Positions 1-14,817 are shown, counted from the first letter of the stretch. The stretch: 64,000 nucleotides of DNA from Camelus dromedarius (GCF_036321535.1 NC_087436.1:38690001-38754000); one strand, 5' to 3'. Translations and numbers: made by a program. Notes: generated by a model not told the origin, from the sequence alone.

Positions 1-617
1 AAAAAGAGAAGACAGCCTTAAAAAAACAAAAGGATAGGTGAGACATTCTACAGTTTCTCAGTTGAAGAAACTGTGGTTCCTTTTCTCATGATACCAAAAG
101 CTCTGTGCATGGTGGACCACGTCTTATTAGAATGTGTCTCTCTGTACAGCAGAACAGTGATGTTACTTTCCCAGCAGCTGATTGGGTCAGTCTGCCCCAG
201 GGCACTCAGCTGACCACAGGTTATTACATTCCCAAGACTGAAGACTGTACTTTTTTGCCCCCCTGCACTTAATGCATCATTTCTCTCTTTAGAAAGTCAG
301 ACTTCTTCCTCTGAGAAAGTAATGCAGAAATTCTGCTGAATTATGGCACTTTAAAACTGGAGCTTGATCTATTTTTTTTCTTCTTTAATTCCTGGAGAGT
401 AAATGGAAAAATATATTTAATTCCTGATGTGACTTTGACCTCCACTTTCTCAGTTAATAGAATGGACATTTGAAATTTTTGCACTGGAAAAAAAAATTGC
501 CATACACTTATATTGTAGCTTTATGTCAAGAAGACTAGGGTTCTTTTGGGTTAAGAGTTATGGGTAAAACTGAGAAAAAAAAGGATTCATTAACCAGGAA
601 TTAGTTCAGTGATCTAG

Positions 618-3533
618 TTTTTTTTTAATTGACATATAGTTGGTTTACAATGTTGTGTTAATTTGTGGTGTACAGCATAGTGTTTCACTTATACATGTAT
701 ATATTCCTTTTAATATTGTCTTTCATTATAGATTATTACAAGATATTGAATATTGTTCCCTGTGCTATACAATAGGACCTTGCTGTTTATCTATTTTATA
801 TATAGTAGTTATTATCTGCAAATCCCAAACTCCTAATTTATCCTTCCACCCTCCCTTTCCCCCTTGGTAACCATAAGTTTGTTTTCTGTGTGTGTGAGTG
901 TGTTTGTTTTGAAATAAGTTCATTTGTGTCTTTTTTTTTTTTTTTTTTTTAGATTCCACATATAAGTGATATCCTATGGTATTTTTCTTTGTCTTTCTGG
1001 CTTGCTTCACTTAGTGTCACAATCTCCAGGTCCATCCATGTTGCTACAAATGGCATTACTTTTTTATGGCTGAGTAGTATTCCATTGTATATATATTCCA
1101 CAACTGCTTTAGCCAGTCCTCTGTCAATGGACCTTTAGGTTGCTTCCATGACTTGGCTATTGTAAATAGTGCTACTATGAGCACTGGGCTGGATATATCT
1201 TTTCGAATATATCTTTAGATTTCCCTCTGGATAGATGCCCAGGAGTGGGATTGTGGGATCATATGGTAGGTCTATTTTTAGCTTTTTGAAGAATCTCCAT
1301 ACTGTTTTCTATAATGGCTGCATCAAACTACATTCCCACCAACAGTGTAGGACAGTTTTCTCCAGACCCTCTCCAGCGTTTATCGTTTGTGGACTTGTGA
1401 ATGATGGCCATTCTGAGTGGTGTGAGGTGATGCTTCATTGTAGTTTTGATTTGCATTTCTCTGATAATTAGCAATGTTGAGCATTTTTCGTGTGCCTATT
1501 GGCCAATTGATGTCTCCACTGGAGAAATGCTTGTTTATGTCTTCTGCCCATTTTTGGATTGGGTTGTTTGTTTGTTTGGTTTGTTACTGAGTTGTGTGAG
1601 TTGTTTGTATATTCTAGAAATTAAGCCCTTGTCAGTCTCATTTTTTTGCAAATATTTTCTCCCATTCCATTAGATTGTCTATTCATTTTGTTTATGGTTT
1701 CCTTTGCTGTGAAATAGCTTATAAGTTTGATTACATCCATTTATTTATTTTTGCTTTTATTTCTGTTTCTTGGGTAGACTACCATAGGAGAACATTGTTA
1801 AGATTAATGTCAGAGAATGTTTTGCCTATGTTTTCTTCTAAGAGGTTTATAGCGTCTTTATCTTATGTTTAAGTCTTTAAACCATTTGAAGTTTATTTTT
1901 GTGTTTGGTGTGAGGGAGTGTTCTAGCTTCGTTGATTTACATGCAATTGTCCAATTTTCCCAACACTTCTTGCCAAAGAGACTGTCTTTTCTCCATTGCA
2001 TATTCTTCTCTCCTTTGTCAAAGATTAATTGACTGTATGTGTGTGGGTTTATTTCTGCGCTTTCTATTCTGATCCATTGATCTGTATGTCTGTTTTTGTG
2101 CCAATACCATGCTGTTTTGATTACTGTAACTCTAGTATTATCTGAAGTCTGGGAGGGTTATTCCTCTAGATTTGTTCTTTTTCTTTAGTATTGCTTTGGC
2201 AATTCTGGGTCTTTTGTGATTTTTATATACATTTTAGGATTATTTGTTCTAGTTCTGTGAAAAATGTCCTGAGTAATTTGTTAGGGGTTGCATTAAATAT
2301 ACAGCTTGCTTTGGGTAGTATGGCCATTTTAACAATATTAATTCTTCCAATCCAGGAGCATGAGATATATTTCCATTTCTTTAAATCATCTTTAATTTTC
2401 TTAATCAATGTTTTATAGTTCTCAATGTATAAGTTTTTCACCTTCTTTGTCAGGTTTATTCCTAGGTATTTTATTTTTTGATGTGATTTTAAAAGGAATT
2501 TTTTTTTACTTTCCTTTTCTGATATTTCATTGTTAGAGTAAAGAAATGCAACAGAGTTCTGTATGTTAATCTTGTATCCTGCTATCTTGTTAAATTTGTT
2601 TATCAGATCTAGTAGTTTTTGTGTAGAGTCTTTAGGGTTTTCTGTATATAGTGTCATGTCATCCACATGTAGTGACAATTTTACTTCTCTTCCAATTTAG
2701 ATCCCTCTTATTTCTTTTTCTTGTCTGATTGCTATGGCTAGAACTTCCAATACTATGTCGAATAGAAGTGGTTAGAGTGAGCATCCTCGTCTTGTTCCAG
2801 ATTTTAGTGGGAAGGCTTTCACCTTTTCACCGTTGAGTATTATGTTGGCTGTGGGTTTGTCATAAGTAATTTTTGTTATGTTATAGAAGGAACCTACCCA
2901 GTTTGGTAAGAGTTTTTGTCATAAATGGGTGTTGAATTTTATCAAATGCCTTTTCTGCATCTGTTGAGATGATCATGTGATTTTTGTCCTTTCTTTTGTT
3001 GATATAGTGTATCACATTGATTGATTCACATGTGATGAACCATCCTTGTATCTGTGGAATGAATCCAACTTGATCATAGTGTATGATCTTTTATATATAG
3101 TGTTGGATTGTGTTTGCTAATATTTTGCTGAGAATTTTTGCACTTATATTTATCATAGATATTGGCCTATAATTTTCTTTTTGATGGTGTCTTTGTCTGT
3201 TTTTTGGTATCAGGATGATGGTGGCTTCATAGAATGAGTTTGGGAGTGTTCCCTCCTCTTCAATCTTTTGGAAGAGTTTGATAAGGACTAGTATGAGTTC
3301 TTCTTTGTATGTTTGGTAGAATTCCCCAGTGAAGCCATCTGGTCCTGGACTTTTGTTTGTAGGGAGGCTTTTTTTTTTTTTATTACTGATTCTATCTCAC
3401 TCCTAGTGATCAGTCTACTCAAATTATCTATTTCTTCTAGATTCACTTTTAGTGAACTGTATGTTTCTGGAAACTTGTCAGTTTCTTCTGGGTTGTCCAA
3501 TTTGTTGCCATATAATTGTTCATAGTATTCTCT
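618..3533 (-). mobile_element. 5'-truncated LINE-1 (3'UTR plus ORF2 C-terminal/RT region), decayed
   Basis: Poly(T) at 618 followed by a laurasiatherian L1 3'UTR end (aattgacatatagttggtttacaatg). ORF 2223..2678(-) reads [39 protein letters not shown]...[17 protein letters not shown], the L1 ORF2 RT region. Multiple frameshifts. Confidence 0.97.
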
Positions 3534-4125
3534 AGCTTATTTTAAATATGGTAGATTCTACAAAAAGAAAACCATTCTCCTCCAGCTTAGACAGGAATGA
3601 AATTATGTATTTGTGGCTCACAACTCTGGTGCCTGTGGAGCCAGAGTGGAGAAATGAAGTGAAGATGCTTTGATGTCTAAATTCCACTGATAACTTTTAA
3701 GCAAAAATAACAGTAGAGTAAGCTATGGAAGAGAGAGGATATTTCAAGAAAAATATTCACACAATTGTTTAACATTGAACTGATCAAACAAAATTGTGAG
3801 TTTTTTTTTTCCCTAAGGAAGAAAAAGGATGTTTACGTTCTTAATTTTTCTTTTCATCTAAGTCCAAGTATGGAGAATCTAAGAGTCTAAGGCTGGCTGG
3901 GTTTCCCAATAATTCTCTTTCAGAGAAGCCTTCAGTGAGGAGTTAAGAAAACCAATATTAGGGAAAGGAGGCTGTTTCAGTGGGAATGTGGAAAGCTGGG
4001 GAGAAGAGGATAAGAATATAAAACAATGAAATCTAAAAGAGAAATACCTCCAAATATGTAAATTCTTTCTCTTTTGCAAGCTAGTTGACTAGTGTCAAAT
4101 GACTCAATTCTAATAAATTTAAGGC

Positions 4126-4305
4126 AGTAGTTTTTAGCCAGGCATAAGGATCAGAATTACTCATTTAGCTTTTTCATAACACAGTTGCCAAGATGCTGAC
4201 ATAACCTTTCTATAACAGAAACCCTGCAAGCAGAACATGGGCAGAGATCTCTTTTGAAAAGTCCCACCAGTTACTCTGAAGCACACTTCAGCTTAAGAAG
4301 TACTT
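4126..4305. mobile_element. Degenerate hAT-Charlie MITE (MER5-like)
   Basis: Ends cagtagtttt...ttaagaagtact with internal ttttgaaaagtcccaccagttactctgaagcaca resemble the MER5B palindrome. Highly diverged. Confidence 0.5.
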
Positions 4306-4674
4306 TCCTCACATAGTTGCATTTACCCCAAGCCTCACCACTCTGTACTTACAAACAAAATCACAATAACAGCAATGTCTCAAACCTCATGGCCCTCCAC
4401 ATGTAACTGCAGGGTCTCATCCACTCATTTCCATAGCCCCCAAATGTGTAGCACAGAGTTGGAGAGAACTCCTCCCAGATTTTTCTTCTTGGTAGTCCTT
4501 GCTGAGGTCCTGGCTAGCAGCGCCACTTGAGAGTAGTACTTGACACTGGCTTCCTGCTCAGAGTGCTAGCTCCTATCCTGGTTCTCCCAAATTAAAACCC
4601 TCAAGCCCAAACAGCCTTTGTCATCTCAGAACCAGGCTGTGTTATGTCTAGACATGGTGAAAAGGATGCTCCTT

Positions 4675-5476
4675 CACAGTCCAGAGGCACAGGCTCACTA
4701 AGAGATTGCAGTCTAATCACAGGGCTAGAGAACTCTTACCCTCCCTGCACACCTTACCACCACATTAGTAAAGGCCTATTTATGGAAGTTTCTTTTAGCA
4801 GTACATCATATTCGGCTATCATGAAAAATTACAAGGCATACCAAAAGGCAAAAACACAATTTGAAGATACAGAACAAGCATTAGAGCCAGATATGACAGG
4901 GATGTTGGAATTATCAGACCAGGAATTTAAAACTCATATGAGTAATATGCTAAGGACTTTAGTGGTTAAAGAAGGCAGTGTGCAAGAACAGACGAGCAAT
5001 CCTCAAAAACCAAAACAAAGACTGAACGAAACAGAACAGAATATCCAAATACCTGGGACAACTACAAAAGGTGTAACATATGCATAATGGGAGTACCAAA
5101 AAAAGAAAGAAAGGAACAGAAGAAATATTTGAAATAGTAATGACTGGGAATTTCCCCAAATTAATGTCATATGCCAAGCCACAGATCCAGGAGAGCAGAG
5201 GCTACTAAGCAGGATAAATGCAAAAAAATAAACAAAAACCAAAACCAGAACCCACAAAAACCCTATACCCTGGCATGTCATTTTCTAATTATGGAAAACC
5301 ATAGGAGAAGAAAAAAAAATCCTGAAAAAAGTCAGAGGGAAAAAACACCTTATCTACAGAGGAACAAAGATAAGAATGACATCTGACTTCTTGGAAACCA
5401 TGTAAGCAAGAAGAGCATGGAGCAAAATATTTAAGGTGCTGAGAGAAAATGATGTTCTTCCCTAAATTGTATTCTG
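4675..5476 (+). mobile_element. Ancient L1M 5'/ORF1 fragment
   Basis: ORF 4644..5087 contains MLELSDQEFKTHMSNMLRTL (L1 ORF1p N-terminal-like). Downstream acagaggaacaaagataagaatgacatctgacttc and aatatttaaggtgctgagagaaaa are ORF1 RRM/CTD-like DNA. Confidence 0.85.
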
Positions 5477-6239
5477 CTTCATCTCCTTGGCCCTTAAGCC
5501 ACATGATGGGTACTTCTGTGTCAATGGAAACAGATTCTTCTTGCAGCCCATGTCTCCATCAGTTCAGTCTAACTGCATGGGACCCATTAGTAAAAGAGAC
5601 AGCCTCCTGTCCACTCATATGCCTTACCATTTCCGTCTCCAGACTCCATCCTCATTAAAGATACTTTCCTACTATGTGTACTACACACAAATAGCCTCTT
5701 TGAACTTTAGCTGTGCCTTTCCATCAAGCACACACCAAAATTTCAAATCCCAGTTTAGGTTGAGCTGAGATCCCTATTATACTAGTAATTCTTCTACGAC
5801 AATACCCTTTGTCTCAAGTTACCTAAAATCTAACTAAGTCCAAGGGGTTCACAAGGTCTGTGAGATCTACCATATGAATCTACCATATTTAGATCAAGTG
5901 AGTTGCTAAACATCAACCTCTGTATTTACCCAGAAAATGTAGTTAATATCCACATTTTCAAACCCAAGGCCCAAGTGCCTTTTGAATTGCCCCATGGGTA
6001 AGGGGAAAGGAAAGAGTTGAGAGGGCATTGGGTTGCAAATGTACTATCAGGTCTCCAATCCTAAAAACTATTAGAAAACTTTGCCTATATCATGTCATCA
6101 GTTCCTGCTCTCCTATCCCCTACCACCCTTTCTTTGTTTCCTGCCCCACTTACCACTTCCCAAATCTTCTTGCCAGGAATTGTCATTTTTGCAAGTGTCT
6201 CCACCATCCAGTCAACTGTTCACGCTAAAAACTAGTTGT

Positions 6240-6520
6240 CAAATCTGGCTCTTCCTGCTCCTTCCTCTAACCTCCCACAACAAATCTATCACCCAGTTCC
6301 ATTAGTTCTATATTCTGAATATCTGTTGATTCTAGTGTCACCTTCTTTTCATCCTCACCACGTCTAGTCCAGACTTGATTGACATCATGAGACTAATACT
6401 ATAAGCCACAACTGACTTCCTCACATCCACTTTCGTAGCCTGAAAATTTTTCTATGTTACAGTTGGAATAATTTCTTTTAATGTCTGCTTCCCTTTATAT
6501 TAAAAATCTTAAAGTCTTCC
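6240..6520 (+). mobile_element. L2 fragment
   Basis: aaatctatcacccagttccattagttcta...tctagtccagac resembles the L2 consensus. Very diverged. Confidence 0.5.
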
Positions 6521-7527
6521 TAAATTCTCTAAATATCTGTCTTCAACTATAAATTGAAGATAATTAATTCTACACTGATGTTTATTGTAATAATTTGAGA
6601 GAATATAAAATATATGTATAGATAACATGTATATAAAAAGCCTATACTTGACTTGGCATATGTCAGAAGTTATTATTATTTTTTTATTTCAAAGGTAATT
6701 TGAGGACATTGAACTAAACAGAAAAACAGAAGTCCTCTCTAGCTCTAAATTCATACGATTGTATGTTATTAAAAGAAGCTGGTGTGTACCTAAATTTTAA
6801 ACTTGATGCTATACTCTTGAGATTTTTCTATTGGTAATAAAATACTGAACCAGATGGACACAGATATGACTTACATTAGGCTATGTCAAAGATGATAAAA
6901 ATCACTCTTATCTACATATTGCACTTTGCCAGCTCCAGCTCTGTCATCTTTCTTCTTCTCGGTCATAGGTTGCTGCAGGATTGCTTAGGCTAGGGAGTCA
7001 AAAGAGTAGAGTCAGAGCTTCAAATAAGTCAAGTCTTAAAACAAACTGAAATAAGGGATTTAATAGAGGCGCCGCTCATCTCATCTTTGTCTCAGATGGG
7101 CAGGGGTTAGGGGAAACAAATTTCCAGAAGTGTTGGGTCATGTTTTTCAAGTTAACTCTGAAGAAGAGAGAAAGGAACAGTCAGAGAGAGGGACAGCAGG
7201 TGGTCTTCTGAGAAAGATTATGCTTTTTAATTGAATTGAACTGAATTAAATTTAACCCGCAACTTCACTCCACCCCAGGATCTCCTCCACAGGAATCTGA
7301 GGGTCAAGACACTGGGGAGTGAGAAATTTGTAGTATTTCCTCTGGTTCCTAGAACTATTTCATGTCTTCTGAACCTGTAGGTATATAGTGGCTAGTGAAT
7401 GGGCTGACTCCTAAGTGTGGAGTAACTACTGGGCAAGGGAGCTGGATAGAGAATAAAGAATATAGAATATAGAAGGAAAATGGTGTTTCTCAGCCCTTGA
7501 GATTCAACGTGGAGATGTGAAACATAC

Positions 7528-7592
<65 letters not shown>

Positions 7593-7609
7593 CCTACCTA
7601 CCTACCTAC

Positions 7610-7681
<72 letters not shown>

Positions 7682-7682
7682 A
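7528..7682. repeat. Compound tetranucleotide microsatellite (TATC)n(TACC)5(TATC)n
   Basis: Directly visible. The TACC block lies at 7591-7610. Confidence 0.99.
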
Positions 7683-7989
7683 CAACACAGTAGATTCTTC
7701 AAAATACCTTAGTCTATGGTCTGCTCTTTCCCTGACCCTCTTTGCCAGATTCTAAACTCCTCCTTCATCATCCTATTCTTGAAAGGGACCCCTTGGATCA
7801 ATGACCCATCACATACTCAGTCTTTCCTGGAATTTCCGCAGACGTGAGAATCACACCATTTCCTTTTCAATCTGTAATAGATAAACATATCTCTCTCAGT
7901 GAATTAAGCATGAGTTTATTTGCTTAAGATAAATAAATAAATGAATGAATGAAGTTTGAGAGCTCCCCACAAAGTTGGTTCTTACAGCT

Positions 7990-8110
7990 TGAATCTCAGA
8001 GTCTTCATATGTAAATTGTGGGTAGAATGCCTACATTGTTGGTTGTTATAAGAAACTGAGAGTTATAAATGAAGAACCTTATGCTCTGCTTGGCACAGAG
8101 TAGGCAGTTA
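7990..8110 (+). mobile_element. MIR fragment
   Basis: tctcagagtcttcatatgtaaatt...gcttggcacagagtagg match the MIR core and 3' end. Confidence 0.6.
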
Positions 8111-9224
8111 TCTTTTCTCTTAATAAAGATCAATGATATCCCAAATTTGGAAATTAAAATTGCATGCAAATCTGCAGGACATCATAAGGATTTTTCAAAT
8201 AGTTCAAAGCTCATGGTCCCAGTATACATGTTTAAAAATATCATATAATTGATGACATCCATTAGACTTCCAAGGACATATTTGGCTTTCTATTATGAAT
8301 TCCAATACTTGAAAACCTTGAGGAAAGTCTTCTGTAATAGAGTATGTCAAATACAAGCTCTGTTTTTGCTTATTTATACTAAATAGCCTTTAACCTCCAA
8401 ACCACTATGCTGTACAAGATTTATTTACAAAGTCTTCAGCCAGAGTTAGAGTTCCATGAGTTCTGAGTATACATGAACTTCCCTCTAGCAAATTATTTTG
8501 GGTCAGTTTCTCTGATGTGACTGATTTCAGCATGTTTGTCCACTTATGTTTAGAAAATACATAGTTATGAGCAATTTTCTTCCATTGTGAGCTATTTTCT
8601 TTTAAGAGTATACTGTTTAGGACAAAACTAAATTGATTGAATACATTCCTACATGGCTATAAATTAAATTCTGTAGACAGTGACATGGTCCTAACATCCT
8701 AAGCAAGTCAGAAATTTATGTAATTTTCAAGATGTTTAGTGAACTCAGTTGACCCATATTTTAAAGAGCATTCAAATTTCTCCCTAGGAAATAATATGAA
8801 TCACACACAAGCCCACATTTACTTAACATTTTTATCTTTTAAAATGTAGAAAAGCTCTGGTTCCTTTGGTAAGTAAATTACATGTTAGTCTTCAAGATAA
8901 TTGTCATGTGACTACTTTAGTTGGCTAACCTTGTATTCTCACCAAGGTACAATTTTATTTGAAAAGAAGTTGTTTTAATATGAGGTATGGGGGAGGGGGT
9001 TCTGAAAATACAGAATCCTTATCCAAATCTTTAAATATTTGATCAGGTTTTTTCAGCAGATTAGGAAAACCGAAATACAAGGTAAGCATATTTGAAACTG
9101 ACATTCATTCATTCCTTTTTTTAATTTAATCTCTGTATTTGAATGAAGGATTCTTTAAATTCTGTAGTGCGTTACAGCCTTCAGAAGTTTCACACACATG
9201 ATTTAATATAATCCCAAAATAACC

Positions 9225-10706
9225 TCCTTTTTATAATTCCCTACCCCTATATTGCCCTTCCCTCCACTCCTCTCCCCACTGATAACCACTAGTTTGTTCT
9301 CTATATCTATGAATCTGCTTCTTTTTTGTTTTATTCATTAGTTTGTTGTATTTTTTGGATTCCACCTACAAGTGATACCATACAGTATTTGTCTTTCTCT
9401 ATCTGACTTATTTCACTTAGCATAATGCCCTCCAAGTTCATCCATGTTGCTGCAAATGGCAAAATTCCATTCTTTTTTATGGCTAAGTAGTAGTATGTTG
9501 TTTATATACACCACTTATTCTTTATCCATTCATCTGTTGATGGAGCAACTTAGGTTGCTTCCACACCTTGGCAACTGTAAATAATGCTTCTGTGAACACT
9601 GGGATGGGTATTGTTTTGAATTAGTGTTTTTGGTTTTTTCATTTATACCCAGGAGTAGAATTGCTGGTTCATATGGTAGTTTTATTTTTAGTTTTTTGAG
9701 AAATCTTCAACTGTTTTCCACAGTGGCTGCATCAATCTACATTCCCACTAACAGTGTACAAGGGTTCCCTTTTCTCTACATCCTCACCATAATTTGTTAT
9801 TTGTGTTCTTTTGATGATAGCCATTCTGACAGATGTGAGGTGATATCTCATTGTGGTTTTGATTTGCATTTCCCTGGTGGTTAGCCACGTTGAGCATCTT
9901 TTCATGTGCCTGTTGACCATCTGTATTTCCTCTTTGGAAAAATGTCTATTCAGGTCCTGCCCATGTTTTAATTGGGTTGCTTTTTGATACTGAGTTGTAA
10001 GAGCTGTTTATATATGGTTGATATTAATCCCTTGTCAGTTATATCATTTGCAAATATTTTCTCCTATTCAGTAGATTGTCTTTTCGTTTTGTCAATGGTT
10101 TTCTTTGCTGTGCAAAAGCTTTTAAATGTTATTATGTACCAGTTGTTTATTTTTGCATTTATTTCCTTTGCTTTAGGAGACAGATCCAAAAAAATACTGC
10201 TGTGACTTATATCAGAGAGTGTTCTGCCAATGTTTTCCTCTAGGAATTTTATAGTATCCAGTTTTACATTTAGGTCTTTAATCAATTTAGAGTTTATTTT
10301 TGTATATGGTGTTAGAGGATGTTCTAATTTTATTCTTTTACATGTAGCTGTCCAGTTTTCTGAATACCACTCATTGAAGGGATCATCTTTTCTTCTTCAT
10401 ATATTCTTGCCTCCTTTGTCATAGATTAATCGATCATAAGTGGGTGGGTTTATTTCTGGGTTCTCTACTTTTTTCCATTGATCTATGTGTCTGTTTTTGT
10501 GCCAGTTTCATACTGTTTTCATTACTGTAGCTTTGTAGTATAGTCTGAAGTCAGGGAGCATGATTCCTCCAGCTCTGTTCTTCTTTCTCAAGATTGTTTT
10601 GGCTATTTGGGGTATTTTGTGTTTCCATATAAATTTTTAAATTATTTGTTCTAGCTCTATGAAAAATGTCATTGGTATTTGATAGGGATTGCATTGAATC
10701 TGTAGA
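9225..10706 (-). mobile_element. LINE-1 fragment (ORF2 C-terminus plus partial 3'UTR), lacking the extreme 3' end
   Basis: ORF 9732..9920(-) [34 protein letters not shown] and ORF 10064..10285(-) [19 protein letters not shown] are L1 ORF2p C-terminal motifs. Confidence 0.96.
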
Positions 10707-13700
10707 AGGTGACTTTCATTGTTATAATTCATCTTGATACAATTCTTTGTAGAGCATTTATAAAATTATTTCCTAAATGAGCTATTCATACAGTGAAAAA
10801 GCTACCTTCTGCAGAAATCTGATTCAACTATTGATTTAATGCTAAGACACAGCTTATCTTGAGACTACCAGATATACATAATGTTAATATAGCCATAAGC
10901 ACCTATAGAACACTTTAAACTATTTAAAGTGCTTTTACATACATTATCATTTATCATTTAATCACAGAGAATTACAGACTTTAATAAAATTTTGTGATTG
11001 GTCAAAATGCAGGAAAAAAACTAAATTTATATTTCAAATAACTTTTATTAGTATTTTACTGATAAGCAAATAGAGCATTTAACCAGAAGAAATAAATATA
11101 GGTTATGAACAAATATGTCAGAAAAATGGTTTTTCATTTAAATATAAAAATGTATATACCATGACTGCTATCTAGCATATTTAGTTCACTCTTTTGAATA
11201 TATAACTACATGATAACGTGAATGAGTTCCATAAGGGCACTGGCCAGACAACACAAAGCTTGGGAACTTGAGGCTGACGTGTTAAAGCCAGGATAGGAAT
11301 TCAACAAGAAGGAGCTAAAATCCAGAAAGGACATGGAGGGTGCAAACCATTGTTCTTAAGAAGTAGGAATCATAGCTAAGAAAACCAAGTGTGCATAATA
11401 GAACCACAGCCTGGAGCCAGGCTGACATGAGAAGCTGATCCAAGGAGGCAGCAAACAGATCCAGCTGGAATGGGATGGGATCCAAAGTCCATGGATTACT
11501 GGGTGTGGAATTGGAGTATGAGTTGTATGCCCTCAAGGGTCAGCTGGTACTTATGTATAGGAGGTTGAACTTAAAGGTGCATGTTAGGGAAGACAGATAA
11601 AATAGATCAAGTCTTGTTAGTCTTAACTATGTGATTATGGTAACAGTTACCGAAATGAAATTCTATATGTAGATTTGATTTTTTATTCAGAATGCTTTAG
11701 TAGGAGTAGTGATAACTAGAGATATCAGGATGATTATTAAATATCTACTAAATTCCAATTAAAATTACATATAGGTGATTTTGGAGAGGATGAAGCTTAA
11801 ACCCTCATCCTAATCAATAAGAATAAAAGTGTTTCATAAAAGCTTTGGATGGAGCACTTTGACTGACATATGATAGAGACCAAAATTATTTGTTAATTAA
11901 GCATTAATAATTTCTGATTTGTTGCAGTTTGGGGTGATTCCTTTAATAGTCTTATCCTAGCCCTTTTAGGAGTTAAAAAATTACTGCAACTAAATATAAT
12001 TTTTGTTTTTTTTAACCTATGTAATTATGTAATTCCAGCAAAGCCATTTGCAGGATTCTCAGTTCTGATTTTAATTGTACATATAGGGTCTTTTTTTGAC
12101 AAAAACTACTTAATTATTCTTCCTTTTTGTGTTCACAAAGGATGTTTCTGCCTCATGTTAGTTTTGATCTCTAATACTTATATTTTTCTGAAAAACGTTC
12201 CGAGACATTTTTTGTGTCTAATGAGGTTGAGGGAAATAACTCTCCATTAGAGAATGTTGGTTGATGCAGGAAAAATAACATGGTAAAATAGCAGCTCAAA
12301 GGCACGTTTACAAAATGCATACCTCTATTGGCTTATTGTGAATTTATTTGATTCACCAAATCAAGCTCTGGAGCTACTGGTAGGAAAAGAAACTGAAGAG
12401 CAGGCAAAAGGAACAGAAATATGCTCAGGACTCAAGGGAAATTTCAAGACTTCCCACTTCTAAGGGCCTAAAAGTTCAAAAGTTATACTTACTGCAGTTT
12501 GGCTTCAATGTGTGCCTTGAATTAAATATTTGAAATAGCATTTTATCCAAAGACAAGTATATAGATTAAAAAGCAAAATTAAAATGCCTGCAACTAATAC
12601 CAATGTAGGAAGTCCATCTCTTCTCATCTCCTGACCTCCACCCGACATTAGGAGGTTGACCTTCACTGTTTGTTGGCCCAGGAAAAGAAATCAAACATCA
12701 CCCCCAAAAGTTGTCCTGGCGAGACCAGTTCTTCTGGGAACCATACATCTTTTATAAGTCTCTTGATAATATAATTGATGATGACTTGGTTTGCTTCTTT
12801 AAGCTCCTGTTTTTCTATGCCCTGCAAACTAGTGCAAACTAGTCCCAGTACAGCCAGCAATATGGCTACTGTAGAAGTAAGAGATCGAGATCAATTAAAA
12901 TCTGATAATCAGGACTGGGTTTGTGAGAGGGTTTGGGGAGATAGAGTTTTCTTCTATGCCCAGAAAAATATATTTTTGCACTCTTAGATGCTGCATGCTA
13001 AATTTAATGAAAATTTAATGATAACTGTGTGTTTGTTTGTATGTGACTAGGTGTTTTCCAATATCCTGGGAGAATGCTGAAAAATACACATACATGTATC
13101 CACACACACTTAGTAGAGAGGCATAAAGACCAACTGAGCTGCAATAAAGCTTAGTTTAATCTTCAAACTAGAACGAAGGCATTACCATCAATAAAACCTT
13201 CACAGTCAGACTACTGGTATCCTCACTTAGGCCTGAGATCTCCATCCTGGCAGCCTTGGAGATAATCAGGGAAAGTCTCTTAGATACTTTGGCTGCTTAG
13301 CTCCAAATGCCAACAGGGATAGTGATTTTAATCAACAGTTAGCTGTTCTCCTTTCTGCCTCACCCTCACCTGCCATCACACCCACACATGTATTCGTGAA
13401 TGGGAACTACTACTCTGCAATCCTTAACGCCTTCTGTATTCAGGTGAGCATTCCCACATCTGTCTTCCTTCTGCTCTTTCCTCAGACCAGAGTGTCAAGA
13501 TATGAGCATATGTACACAGAAACACATAGCAATCTTCTAAATATTCATTTGGCTAAGAGTCCAGCAAATTCTAGTACTCTGAGGATTAACTAGTCACTTT
13601 ATTTCTTTTGGAAGGCTCTACTTTAACTGAAGCCCAACATTTTGTTTATCTTCCACTGTTTATCTTCCAAGGAACATGCTCAAATGTACTCATCATGAAA

Positions 13701-14817
13701 AAGTACCTGCTGTGGAAATACATTTTAAAATTGTGAGACATGAAGGCTTTTTTTGAGGAAGAAGGGTTATTATCTAATTTTTTTAAGATTTTTGATCCCT
13801 TGTAGGAGTGGACAAAGTGGAAGATTCTTAGAGATTTTAAACAACTTAACTTTGAATACTATTTCCAGCCCCTCTTTAATGTATAAAGTTAAGCAGATAC
13901 ACTTTTATGTTAAATAGATACTTGAAACCTATAAATACAAACAAATTTCATTTAATTGTTTTGACCTTCTCCTCCTGCAACAACACATTCTGAAGAACTG
14001 CTAACAAACAGTAAAAGAAAGATTTGCATTTAAGAGGCCTTTATTTCCACAATCATGCACTAGTATGGGGTCTAATGAATAATGCAAAAACTCAGTGGCA
14101 GGAGGCCAAAGAGAGAATAAAGAAAAACAAAGAGGGAGATAACAGACAACTCCACAAACTATGTCATTAATCTTTGAATGACTGGGAATTGATTATTATT
14201 GAGCTGTTTTTTTGTTTCAATTATTGACTAGAGAAGGCTGACTTTGCAGAGCATCATCTGCAAAGTGTGATTGAACAGAGGCTATCTCAAAGGCTCAAGT
14301 CCCTATTTTTTTTCCCTAAATGGATGTCAGTACTACAACTATATAAGTCATATATCATTAAGAAAAGAAATTAAGATTTGGTTTCTTCTCTAAATATATT
14401 TTCATCAAAGTACATTAGAAATAAAGGAACTCAGAGACTTAATTACTTGTCTCAGTGGCTGGATTTTTGACATTTATATTTAAACAAATAATTCTAATAT
14501 GATGTAAGTGTTATATTCAAAATATGTACTATGGGAAGATAGACAATAAATTATATGAATAGCAATTAATATATATATTCTTAGCCTTTTTTGACCCATT
14601 TTATTTGACACATTTTATTCAATTATCAGCATTCAACAAATATTTGTTAAGCACATATTGTATGCTAGATGTTTCCATTTTAACAATGCCAACTGTTGCC
14701 ACAAATGCTCTTTTGAAACAAAGATTATTAAATAAATGGGGATTAATGGAGAGCATTGATGATTTATTTGCCTTGGGAACATGAGAGGGAGAAAGAGTTT
14801 AGAGACCTAGCTAGGAC

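Noticed and set aside
100..350. Cluster of CAGCTG E-boxes and an ACCACA RUNX-like site
   Set aside because: Short motifs expected by chance, with no independent support from sequence alone.
4517..4533. CTCF-like motif cagcgccacttgagag
   Set aside because: Only half the consensus matches, so it is unsupported without ChIP data.
11230..11600. GA-rich block that might be an old LTR
   Set aside because: No termini, TSD or family I can recognise.
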